32,000 bases of DNA from positions 2,040,001-2,072,000 of the forward strand of contig NC_011979.1 in assembly GCF_000022265.1 (NCBI RefSeq), in the 5' to 3' direction. Under the pieces are notes generated by a model. The model did no database searches and was not told where the DNA came from. It saw only the letters and a list, made by a program, of their open reading frames with translations. This document shows positions 7,236 through 15,719 of the stretch, one piece after another; position 1 is the stretch's first letter, and the number at the start of each line of letters is the position of its first letter. The position numbers and the translations under genes are program-made. The DNA is from Geotalea daltonii FRC-32. GTDB lineage: Bacteria; Desulfobacterota; Desulfuromonadia; Geobacterales; Geobacteraceae.

Positions 7236-9347
7236 ATGTATAAACGGACCCTGTTTTTGATTTCGATCTGTCTGCTGCTGGCGGGTATCACCGTTTCGGG
7301 ATGTTCAGATGATAGGGGCGATTCCCGGACTGCTTCCGACAATGTCACCAAGGTTTATTACGACTATCTGGCAGAGGGCAAGCATGTGGCGCTTGCGGCA
7401 GCCCAGCCACAATTTCCTGCCAGCGGCGAACTTTATTCCGATAACGCAAGCATCTTTAAATTGTTGCCGGCGAAAGCGACCGCACTGCAAAAAAGCCAGG
7501 CTGAGCCGATACTCACCGACTTCGTCCTTTATTCACCTCCTGCGCCCTTAAGCAAACGGGTAGCATCGACGGTCACTGACGCCCCGTTTTCCTCCGCACC
7601 AGGTATCCCGAGCCTCAAAAAACCGGATGTTATTCCGCTCGCCTGCTCGGGGCTGACCGGCACCGATCTTCGGCTCTGTCTGGACAACCTGGGGGTAAGC
7701 TCGGCCCCAGAGAGCGAGCATGTTTCCCAGCATGACCCGCAATCACTGAGTATCCAGGTGGGGCAATCGATCATCGATGCAATACCCGATAAAAGCATCC
7801 AGTCTCTGACCTCCAACGTTTCCAAAGCGGATCGGGATGCCATACTGGCCAGGCTCACCGATTTCACCAATGATGATTCAGCCCATGCAACCGTCGATAT
7901 GGCCGCGTTCGATCCCTTTGACGAAACTGATTACTCCCTCAGCACGGTAGCCATCTCCGACAATAGCAGTTCTGACATCGATGGTGACGGCGCACTGGAA
8001 CCACATTCGACAATGATCACGGAAATTGTAAAGCCCGTGGCATACAACAGGAATCCGTCTCCAACCCTGGATGCCTGCATCAGCAAGTATGGGGTGGCGA
8101 TCAAGGATCGTTATGTGGTTAAGCTGAGTACCTATGTTCACCTGGACTATCTGAAATCACAGCGACAGGTAATACCCCCGGTGCAGGACGGATCTTCCGG
8201 AAATGCCATCGACATGGAGGCCTCTCTCACCAATTACGAAGCCACCCACAATCTCAGAGCCATCAATCAGGCACTGGACGCGAACATAATCAAGGCAATA
8301 TATGGCTCACCTGCCATATTGCCCGGATCAGCCACTGAATATACCTTCATGTTCCAGTTGGCGCCCGATCTGATCAGTGGAGATTACAAAGAGCTATTAG
8401 GTCAGATATCATCTGCAGAAGATGCTGCTTGCCAGGAAGTTGTCGAGCAGCATATCAATCCCCGTACCGCCATTATCAGCGGCGTCTCCTCGGTAGGCAG
8501 CCGCCTGCAGAAAGGCACCGGCAATTCTCTGAGCGTTTTTTACCAGGTTCCGGCTGCCTTCAGCCGGCAACTGTCCGCCAAGCTTGCCTCGGCTCTAACC
8601 GGTGAGGCTGCTGCGTTGACGGCGGATGATGAGCCCATACGCGACTATTGCATGGTTGACGGCAATGGCCAAAAAGTTGCCGTGGTCGATCCACTGAATG
8701 GGGCCGTCATTCCTGCCTGCGAAAAATTCGATCAGAAGAGCATGGCCAAAATGGCGCTGTTCACCAAAAGCGGCGCCTGTAGCAATAATAAAGATGACTG
8801 GGCTTTTTACTACCCGTCACGGGCACGAACGCCGCGCTTCGGCAGGGGCATCCAGTTCATTCTGACCGAGTGGCTTTTGCACGACCAGGTGGGGGATTAC
8901 AAAAATATCCACTGGTATCAGAGCCATTGGAAGAGCGCCTTTCAGGTGCTGGTGAAAGGGTCGAAATTCGTCGCTGCCACCTATTTCAAAGTCCAACTGG
9001 GAGCGATCAAATATCCAAAACAGGCAGAGGCCACGATAGCTGTCTACATGGTCAATGCCCTTTTCCCACTCATGGGGGACATGCTGGCTAAATCAACCGG
9101 GATGAAGATTGCCGGCGTGGCCTTCTCCATGCCGGCCTATGTGGTGAACTTCTTTCTCGACATGGGTGCTGCCGATGCCGGCAATGCAACCTTCGGCGAC
9201 AAGGTGGCTGCTGGTGCAAAAGGTGCGTTGATCGGTTTTCTCGTCGACCGATTTACCGATGCGGTGGCCCAGATGATCGATGTGGAGGTGACCGGCTGGC
9301 AGGATATTTCCGATGACAGCCACCATGGGTGCTTTCAATTTGATTGA
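7236..9347 (+). CDS. Orphan large lipoprotein (703 aa) with a hydrophobic, small-residue-rich C-terminal region. No domain recognised.
   Basis: SD GGGAGG lies 6 nt before ATG 7236. The N-terminus is MYKRTLFLISICLLLAGITVSGC (signal peptide plus lipobox-like VSGC). The track ORF extension back to 7059 lacks both an SD and a signal peptide. The C-terminal ~130 aa are rich in A/G/V/F segments. Confidence 0.7.
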   Translation: MYKRTLFLISICLLLAGITVSGCSDDRGDSRTASDNVTKVYYDYLAEGKHVALAAAQPQFPASGELYSDNASIFKLLPAKATALQKSQAEPILTDFVLYSPPAPLSKRVASTVTDAPFSSAPGIPSLKKPDVIPLACSGLTGTDLRLCLDNLGVSSAPESEHVSQHDPQSLSIQVGQSIIDAIPDKSIQSLTSNVSKADRDAILARLTDFTNDDSAHATVDMAAFDPFDETDYSLSTVAISDNSSSDIDGDGALEPHSTMITEIVKPVAYNRNPSPTLDACISKYGVAIKDRYVVKLSTYVHLDYLKSQRQVIPPVQDGSSGNAIDMEASLTNYEATHNLRAINQALDANIIKAIYGSPAILPGSATEYTFMFQLAPDLISGDYKELLGQISSAEDAACQEVVEQHINPRTAIISGVSSVGSRLQKGTGNSLSVFYQVPAAFSRQLSAKLASALTGEAAALTADDEPIRDYCMVDGNGQKVAVVDPLNGAVIPACEKFDQKSMAKMALFTKSGACSNNKDDWAFYYPSRARTPRFGRGIQFILTEWLLHDQVGDYKNIHWYQSHWKSAFQVLVKGSKFVAATYFKVQLGAIKYPKQAEATIAVYMVNALFPLMGDMLAKSTGMKIAGVAFSMPAYVVNFFLDMGAADAGNATFGDKVAAGAKGALIGFLVDRFTDAVAQMIDVEVTGWQDISDDSHHGCFQFD

Positions 9348-9390
9348 CCAGGGGAGTAGCAACGATTCCCGTTACAGTAAAATTTGACCC

Positions 9391-9425
9391 GGAGCGCAGC
9401 AGTGACGCTGCTGCGCTCCATTTCC
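9391..9425 (+). terminator. Hairpin terminator after the lipoprotein gene.
   Basis: GGAGCGCAGCAG-tgacg-CTGCTGCGCTCC forms a 12-bp perfect stem (9391-9419). The T tract that follows is weak (ATTTCCC). Confidence 0.55.
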
Positions 9426-9605
9426 CTTCCCATGCCCATTCAGTTCGGCCTCGATTCCGGCTCTCCTTCCTTCTCTCTTCCTTTCTATAAATTGTGTGGC
9501 CCCTCCCTTGTTTGCAACTGCCGACACCCAAGTCACCCTTCGGGCCGCTTCTGTTCAGGCCCGCAAAAGATTGCGGTACGTGGATGAGGCTAGACGGAGA
9601 CCCCA

Positions 9606-10079
9606 TCAAGTATTTTCATAACGCTCGATTCTTACTAAAGCCAAGTCCCCAACCTTCTCAGTTGAAACCTGCAATATGTATGGCATTATTTGATTGGATT
9701 TTTGAATTTGCAGTGAGGTTGAAACCCTGCTGTGTGACTTGCCGGTCGTGAAGGTATCTATGATCCCATCTCTGATCTTGCAACCTTCGCAATGACTATC
9801 TTTCCCGCAGCCGTCTTCTGTAAATGCATAAATGCAGTCAAAGACCTGCCCACCTCTGCGTCCTTCTACTTCATGGAGTTCTTTCCCGAACAACTCAAGA
9901 GCTCGACGGTTTGCCGTTATAACTTGCCTGGGATTTCCCTGCATTAAAAGAGTTGGTACATCGATTGCGTTGATCCATTCACGGCAACTCAACTCATCAG
10001 GTACTTGCTGGGATGATTTTTCACTGATGTCATTTTTAACGGCAATCTTCTCTGCTCCACAACAATTAGTCTGTCTCAT
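9606..10079 (-). CDS. Small PAS-like protein with a C-terminal cysteine cluster.
   Basis: GGAGG-N5-ATG favours the Met at 10079 (MRQTNCCGAEK...). The PAS-like core is LLMQGNPRQVITANRRALELFGKELHEVEGRRGGQVF, followed by C-x10-C-x5-C-x2-C (CIYAFTEDGCGKDSHCEGC). Confidence 0.6.
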   Translation of the reverse strand: MRQTNCCGAEKIAVKNDISEKSSQQVPDELSCREWINAIDVPTLLMQGNPRQVITANRRALELFGKELHEVEGRRGGQVFDCIYAFTEDGCGKDSHCEGCKIRDGIIDTFTTGKSHSRVSTSLQIQKSNQIMPYILQVSTEKVGDLALVRIERYENT

Positions 10080-10323
10080 ATGTGCCTCCATCTATGGAAT
10101 TGACTGCTTCGGCTCTCTTGTGTAACGTGATGGTTCACCTGACACTCGGTCACAAATAGAGTGGCCATACCGTCCTTGAATGAGGTTACACCCTTGATTA
10201 TCTTAAGAATAGAGGCAATAAAGAGAAATGCACAGATGCAACTCGACACTTTTTCGACACCAGCAGTTGAGCGGAAACAGCAACTGTTACCCTGTTATTT
10301 CCCTTGAACTGTATCTGTTTTGC

Positions 10324-11787
10324 ATGACTGCCACGCCGATATATAAATCAAAGAATACAAGGGGGGGCGGAGTGCTGCTCTACGAAGAGATTGTTGCCAA
10401 AGTCCGGGAGATGATTAAGGTGGGTACCTACCTGCCCGGCGAGCGGATACCATCTGTCAGGACCTTGAGCAGACAGATGCGCGTCAGTGTTAATACGGTC
10501 ATGGAGGCTTACCTCCGGCTGGAAAATGCGGGGTTGATCGAGGCTCGCCCCCGGTCCGGCTACTATGTCTGTGCTCCCCAACGGCAGGCGGTATGCCGGC
10601 AGGCAAGCGGCGCCCCTTTGCCCGCCATCGTCCCTAGCCCCGTAACCATAGATGATGCCGCCTTGCAGGTCATGCAAGCCATTGGGAACCCTAAACTCGT
10701 CCCGCTCGGCTCCGGGGTTCCCAACATCGACTTGCTGCCGATTGATCGACTGAACCGAATGCTTGGCTCTGAATCGAAGCGTTTCCCTCTCCAAAGTGTT
10801 GCTTATCCGTCCGCACGGGGGCACAAGCGTTTGCGCACGGAGATTGTCAAGCGATTGCTCGACGCCGGTTGTTCCTTGATGCCTGATGATATCATCATCA
10901 CTTCGGGCTGCGTGGAAGCGACTACCCTCGCGCTCCAGGCTGTCTGCCGCCACGGCGATACCGTTGCCATCGGTTCTCCGGTTTATCCCACATTTCTCAG
11001 GGCGATCGAGTGGATGGGGCTGAAGGTGCTTGAAATCCCCTACAATAGCGAGGGAATGAACCTGGACGTTCTTGACTATGCCATCAGGCAAAACCCGGTC
11101 CATGCTTGTATCACCATCGCCAATTTCAATAATCCACTGGGAAGCCTCTTGCCCAATGAACGCAAGCATCAGCTGGTGGAGCTACTGGCGAAACACGAAA
11201 TCCCGCTGATCGAAGATGATGTTTACGGTGACTTGTGTTTTGGCTCTAATCGTCCCGCCGCCATCAAGTCCTTCGACAAATATGGGCTGGTTCTCTACTG
11301 TTCCTCGTTCTCCAAAACCTTGGCACCTGGCTACCGGGTCGGTTGGATAGCACCCGGTCGATTTTTGGACAAGGTGCTACATTTGAAGACGTTGCTCAAT
11401 ATTGCTACTGCGTCACCGACTCAACTCACCGTGACGGAGTTCCTTACCAACGGAGGCTACGACCGCCACCTGCGGACGCTCCGCAAGGTCTATGCGAGGC
11501 AGATTGCAAAGATGCTGGATGCCGTCGGACGTTATTTCCCCCACGGAACCCACGTCAATCCCCCTGAAGGTGGCTATATTCTCTGGGTGGTGATGCCGGA
11601 CGGATTCGATAGCTTCAAACTCTACGAACTGGCCTTGAATGAAGGTATCAGCATTGCTCCAGGGAACATCTTTACATTAAGTGACAGGTACCGAAATTGT
11701 TTTCGGCTCAATGCCGCGTTATGGTCGGAACAGATCGAACAGGCACTGGAGACTTTGGGGCGGCTGGCAAAAACGTTGATAAAATAA
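10324..11787 (+). CDS. MocR/PdxR-type regulator (GntR winged-HTH fused to a fold-type I aminotransferase-like domain).
   Basis: The N-terminus carries LPGERIPSVRTLSRQMRVSVNTVMEAYLRLENAGLIEARPRSGYYV (GntR HTH). The C-terminal ~350 aa include the aminotransferase-like YCSSFSKTLAPGYRVGW (PLP-lysine motif SxSK). The start is ambiguous: ATG 10324 or GTG 10372. Confidence 0.85.
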   Translation: MTATPIYKSKNTRGGGVLLYEEIVAKVREMIKVGTYLPGERIPSVRTLSRQMRVSVNTVMEAYLRLENAGLIEARPRSGYYVCAPQRQAVCRQASGAPLPAIVPSPVTIDDAALQVMQAIGNPKLVPLGSGVPNIDLLPIDRLNRMLGSESKRFPLQSVAYPSARGHKRLRTEIVKRLLDAGCSLMPDDIIITSGCVEATTLALQAVCRHGDTVAIGSPVYPTFLRAIEWMGLKVLEIPYNSEGMNLDVLDYAIRQNPVHACITIANFNNPLGSLLPNERKHQLVELLAKHEIPLIEDDVYGDLCFGSNRPAAIKSFDKYGLVLYCSSFSKTLAPGYRVGWIAPGRFLDKVLHLKTLLNIATASPTQLTVTEFLTNGGYDRHLRTLRKVYARQIAKMLDAVGRYFPHGTHVNPPEGGYILWVVMPDGFDSFKLYELALNEGISIAPGNIFTLSDRYRNCFRLNAALWSEQIEQALETLGRLAKTLIK

Positions 11788-11817
11788 ATCCCCCGCCATA
11801 GCATTTTTCCCCCCTTA

Positions 11818-12007
11818 TTAATTGGTTTCCATCCGGAAAGGGTTCTTTTCTGCCCTGGCGGCGTCAATCTGGGGGCTTACTTGTGCGACGTACCGATGTA
11901 CGTCTCCGCGCAAGCCATTGATTTCCTTGCCAGAACAAAAAATCCCCTCTTTCCGAATCGGAAACCACTAGTTTCTCATCCGGAGTTTCCGGATGGAAAC
12001 TAATTGA
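11818..12007. repeat. 22-bp inverted repeats bracketing the leader/promoter region of the kinase operon, plus three copies of a TTTCC-N4/5-GGAAA palindrome.
   Basis: TTAATTGGTTTCCATCCGGAAA (11818-11839) matches the reverse complement of 11986-12007 at 20 of 22 positions. The palindromes lie at 11826-11839, 11950-11964 and 11986-11999. There is also a 7-bp stem hairpin, GACGTAC-cgat-GTACGTC, at 11887-11904. Confidence 0.6.
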
Positions 12008-12068
12008 ATCTCCTGCGAAAATGCCGATAAGTAAAGTGGACTTAAACACCGGTGACGGAGGTTGCGAC

Positions 12069-15000
12069 ATGGGGTGGTACGCCAATCTGAAAATAGGCAA
12101 GAAGCTTGCCTGCGGTTTTGCGGTCGTCATCGTTTTTTCCATTCTTATCGGCATCGTCGGCTTCCAGGGCATGCGAAGCATGGACGATACCCTTGATGAA
12201 ATCTACAACAAAAACATGCAGTCGGTCTTCCTGGCCAATCAGCTCTATGTGGAAGTGCTGTACCACTATCGGAGGGTCTACCGCCACGCTTTGGCTCCAA
12301 GCCTGGATGTCAAGGATACCGTTGCGTCACAGACCCAGATAAACGAAAAGACCATCGCCGAGGTTCTTGCCAAGTATCACAAGATGGAGCTGAATGCGCA
12401 GGAGGCGGAACTGGTGGACCGGTTCGAAAAGATCTGGCCTGAATATCTCCTGGTCAAGGAACGGGTCTTCAAGTTGTCCAGGGACAAGAGGGCGCCGGAA
12501 GCGGACGCTATTCTGGAAAAAGACGGGCGGGAGATTTTCAAGAAGCTGGACGACACCCTGGCAGAGCTGATCCGCAGGGAAATGTCCCATGCAAAAGAAG
12601 GGCGGGATCATGCTTCAAACCTGTTTCACTCCCGCATCGGCTGGTTTGTGGCCATGGTGCTGTTTGCCGTAACGACCGGGTTCATCATGGCCTCATACAT
12701 TACCCGGAGCATTGTCCGACCCATAACGGCCATCCTCGATGCCCTCCTCGGTATTTCCGGCTCATCCATGGAAAAATCCCATCTAGCCGAGGCTATCGCT
12801 TCGGGCGACCTGAGCCGCGACCTGCCCGACAGCAGGCCTATCCAGGTTGACCGCTCCTCCATCTCGAAGGATGAGACCGGCGATCTGGTCAGGGCTGTCT
12901 GCAACCTGGAGGAGGCGCAAACCACTCTGGACAGCGCCTTTCGTCAGATGACCAGTTCTCTGCGGCACAACCGCCAGGTGGAGCAGGATCTGGACTGGCT
13001 GAAAACGGGGCAGAACGAGTTGAATGCTTTGCTGAGGGGCGAACAGGCCATGAATGAAATGGCCGAAAAGGTGCTGGCCTACCTGGCCCGATACCTGGAT
13101 TGCGGGGTCGGAACCTTCTACTTTCATGATACGCAGGAGCAGAATCTGCGCATCATTGCCACCTATGCCTTCACCCGGAGGAAAAACCTTAACGACCGTC
13201 TCAATATGGGCGAAGGAGTCGCAGGTCAGGCGGCCAGGGAGCGGAAGATGATCTGCCTCTCTAATGTCCCCGACGATTACCTGGCCATTGCCTCTTCTTT
13301 GGGAGAGGCGGCGCCGCGCAATGTGGTGGTGCTTCCCCTGGTACACGACAATACCCTGCTGGGGGTGGTGGAGCTGGGGGCTTTCCACGGTTTTAACGAA
13401 AGGGAGTTGCAGCTGCTCGATTCGGTAATGGAAGGGCTGGCGGTGGGAATCAGCGTCAACATCTCTCGCCAGAGGGTCAATGAACTTCTGGAACAGACCC
13501 AGCAGCAGACCGAGGAGCTGCGCGTCCAGCAGGAAGAGCTGCAGCAATCCAACGAGGAACTTGAGGAACGTGCCCAGATGCTGGAACAGCAGCGGGAACA
13601 GATTCGGAACAAGAATAAAGAGGTGGAGGAGGCGAGCCGGGAACTGCAAAGGAAAGCCGACGAACTTGAACGGATCAGTGCCTATAAATCGGAATTTCTG
13701 GCCAATATGTCCCACGAGTTGCGCACGCCCCTCAACAGCCTGATGATCCTCTCCCACCTGCTCATGGACAACAAGGAAGGGAACCTGAGCGAGAAACAGG
13801 TGGGGTTCGCCCGCACCATGAACGATGCAGGGAACGATCTCCTGAACCTGATCAACGACATCCTCGATCTGTCCAAGGTGGAGGCGGGGAGGCTGGAATT
13901 CCACTTCGAGGAACTGAAAGTAATCGATCTGCTGGAACCGCTGGAGACCATGTTCAGACCACTGGCCGAGCAGAAGGGGCTTGCTTTCCAGATAAAGACC
14001 GGGGCAGGGGTGCCGGAATGCATCAGCACCGATATGCAGCGCACCCAGCAGATCCTGAAAAACCTCCTTTCCAATGCCTTCAAATTTACCCATAACGGAG
14101 GTGTAGAAGTGCTGGCCGGGATTCCGGCCCCCGGCGAAAATATCCTGCCGGTACCGGCCCTGGCCATTGCCATCAGAGACAGCGGCATCGGCATTTCTGC
14201 GGAAAAACAGGAGATCGTGTTCAATGCCTTCCAGCAGGGGGACGGCAGCACCAGCCGCAAGTTCGGCGGTACCGGCCTTGGCTTGTCCATCTCCCGGCAG
14301 CTTGCACGCGGCATGCAGGGCGATATTACCCTGGCAAGCCGCGAAGGGGAGGGGAGCGTCTTCACTGTTTACCTGCCATTGACCCTTTCGCCCGATAACT
14401 CTTCAACCAAAGCCGTGCCAGATAACTCTGCTCCGATTCAAGGCGCTTCTGCCGCTGGCCCTGCTCCGGTTCGGCCAATACCGGTGCCGTCTGCTGCATC
14501 AACCCTGGCCGATGACCGGGAGAAGCTGCAGAAGGGACAGCGCAGTATTCTCCTCATCGAGGATGATCTCAACTTTGCCCGAATCCTGATGGAGATGGTC
14601 CGGGAACGTGGATTTGCAGCCCTGGCGGCTGCCAATGGCGAGGATGGGCTCTACCTTGCCGACCATTGCCTGCCCGATGCCATCATCCTTGATGTCATGC
14701 TCCCCCATGTGGACGGTTGGGGGGTAATGCGCCTCCTCAAGGAAAATCCCCGCACCCGCCATATTCCCGTCCACTTCCTTACCTGCCTGGAGGACCGGCA
14801 GAAGGCCATGTCCATGGGGGCGATCGGCTTCGTCTCCAAGCCGGTGGACCCGGATCAACTGGCGGAACTGTTCGCCACCATCGAAAATGCCATCTCCCGC
14901 TCGGTACGCAAGCTGCTCATCGTCGAGGATGATCCGGCCGAGTCCAGGGGGCTGGTGGCACTTCTGGAAGGGCGGGATGTGGCGATCAGTGTGGCGGGGA

Positions 15001-15716
15001 GCGGCAAGGAAGCCATCGAGCTGCTCTCGCGGGAAGCCTTCGACTGCATGGTCCTTGACCTGGGCTTGTCGGACATGTCCGGTTTCGATCTGCTGGAGCA
15101 TATCGAGCATGAGGACGAAAAACGGCGCCTTCCGGTCATCATCCATTCGGGCAGGAGCCTTTCCCATGAAGAAGAGCTGAAACTGCGCCGCTACACGGAA
15201 AGCATCATCATCAAAGGGGCGAAAAGCCCCGAGCGGCTGCTTAACGAGGTGACGCTTTTCCTGCATCAGGTGGAGAGTTCCCTGAACCCGGACAAGCAGC
15301 GTATGCTGCGCGCCTCCCTTGACAAGGAAACCATGCTGGAGGGGAAAAAGGTCCTGCTGGTGGATGACGACATGCGCAACATCTTTTCCCTGACCAGCAT
15401 CCTGGCGGAGAAGCACATGGTCGTGGTGGAGGCGGAAAACGGCCGGGAAGCCCTGGCGCGCCTGCAGGAACACCCCGATGTGGACCTGGTGCTGATGGAT
15501 ATCATGATGCCGGAAATGGACGGCTATGAAACCATCAGGACAATCCGCAACGATCCACATTTCAGCAGGCTCAGCATCATCGCCATGACCGCCAAGGCAC
15601 TAAAGGGAGACCAGGAGAAGTGTCTTGAGGCGGGGGCGAGCGATTACATTTCCAAGCCCATCGAGGTGGAAAAACTGCTTTCCTTGATGCGGGTCTGGCT
15701 CTATCAAAAGGGGTAG
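12069..15716 (+). CDS. Hybrid sensor histidine kinase with the order TM, MCP-type four-helix-bundle sensor, TM, HAMP-like region, GAF, Q/E-rich coiled coil, HisKA, HATPase, then three receiver domains.
   Basis: SD GGAGG lies 8 nt before ATG 12069. Recognised elements: TM1 LACGFAVVIVFSILIGIVGF; TM2 IGWFVAMVLFAVTTGFIMASYI; GAF (GEGVAGQAARERKMI...LGVVELGAF); H-box SHELRTPLNSL (His codon 13713-13715); N/G boxes (LLSNAFKFT, DSGIGI, GGTGLGLSI). The three REC domains have acceptor Asp contexts IILDVMLP, MVLDLGLS and VLMDIMMP. Confidence 0.9.
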   Translation: MGWYANLKIGKKLACGFAVVIVFSILIGIVGFQGMRSMDDTLDEIYNKNMQSVFLANQLYVEVLYHYRRVYRHALAPSLDVKDTVASQTQINEKTIAEVLAKYHKMELNAQEAELVDRFEKIWPEYLLVKERVFKLSRDKRAPEADAILEKDGREIFKKLDDTLAELIRREMSHAKEGRDHASNLFHSRIGWFVAMVLFAVTTGFIMASYITRSIVRPITAILDALLGISGSSMEKSHLAEAIASGDLSRDLPDSRPIQVDRSSISKDETGDLVRAVCNLEEAQTTLDSAFRQMTSSLRHNRQVEQDLDWLKTGQNELNALLRGEQAMNEMAEKVLAYLARYLDCGVGTFYFHDTQEQNLRIIATYAFTRRKNLNDRLNMGEGVAGQAARERKMICLSNVPDDYLAIASSLGEAAPRNVVVLPLVHDNTLLGVVELGAFHGFNERELQLLDSVMEGLAVGISVNISRQRVNELLEQTQQQTEELRVQQEELQQSNEELEERAQMLEQQREQIRNKNKEVEEASRELQRKADELERISAYKSEFLANMSHELRTPLNSLMILSHLLMDNKEGNLSEKQVGFARTMNDAGNDLLNLINDILDLSKVEAGRLEFHFEELKVIDLLEPLETMFRPLAEQKGLAFQIKTGAGVPECISTDMQRTQQILKNLLSNAFKFTHNGGVEVLAGIPAPGENILPVPALAIAIRDSGIGISAEKQEIVFNAFQQGDGSTSRKFGGTGLGLSISRQLARGMQGDITLASREGEGSVFTVYLPLTLSPDNSSTKAVPDNSAPIQGASAAGPAPVRPIPVPSAASTLADDREKLQKGQRSILLIEDDLNFARILMEMVRERGFAALAAANGEDGLYLADHCLPDAIILDVMLPHVDGWGVMRLLKENPRTRHIPVHFLTCLEDRQKAMSMGAIGFVSKPVDPDQLAELFATIENAISRSVRKLLIVEDDPAESRGLVALLEGRDVAISVAGSGKEAIELLSREAFDCMVLDLGLSDMSGFDLLEHIEHEDEKRRLPVIIHSGRSLSHEEELKLRRYTESIIIKGAKSPERLLNEVTLFLHQVESSLNPDKQRMLRASLDKETMLEGKKVLLVDDDMRNIFSLTSILAEKHMVVVEAENGREALARLQEHPDVDLVLMDIMMPEMDGYETIRTIRNDPHFSRLSIIAMTAKALKGDQEKCLEAGASDYISKPIEVEKLLSLMRVWLYQKG

Positions 15717-15719
15717 CCC

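Noticed and set aside
9497-9511. Sigma54-like element TGGCCC-N5-TTGT on the plus strand.
   Set aside because: The -12 element is GT rather than GC. No plus-strand gene lies downstream for ~800 bp, because the next gene is on the minus strand. It is probably a chance match.
11864-12181. 105-aa minus-strand ORF spanning the spacer and the kinase 1 start.
   Set aside because: It overlaps the well-supported kinase start and its SD, has no SD of its own, and its sequence has no features. The region is better explained as a structured leader or promoter.
12783-15560. Long minus-strand ORFs (12783..14093, 13682..14365, 14499..15560) inside kinase 1.
   Set aside because: They are antisense to a CDS with an unbroken series of GAF, HisKA, HATPase and REC motifs. 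Their products are repetitive junk with no SD-start context.
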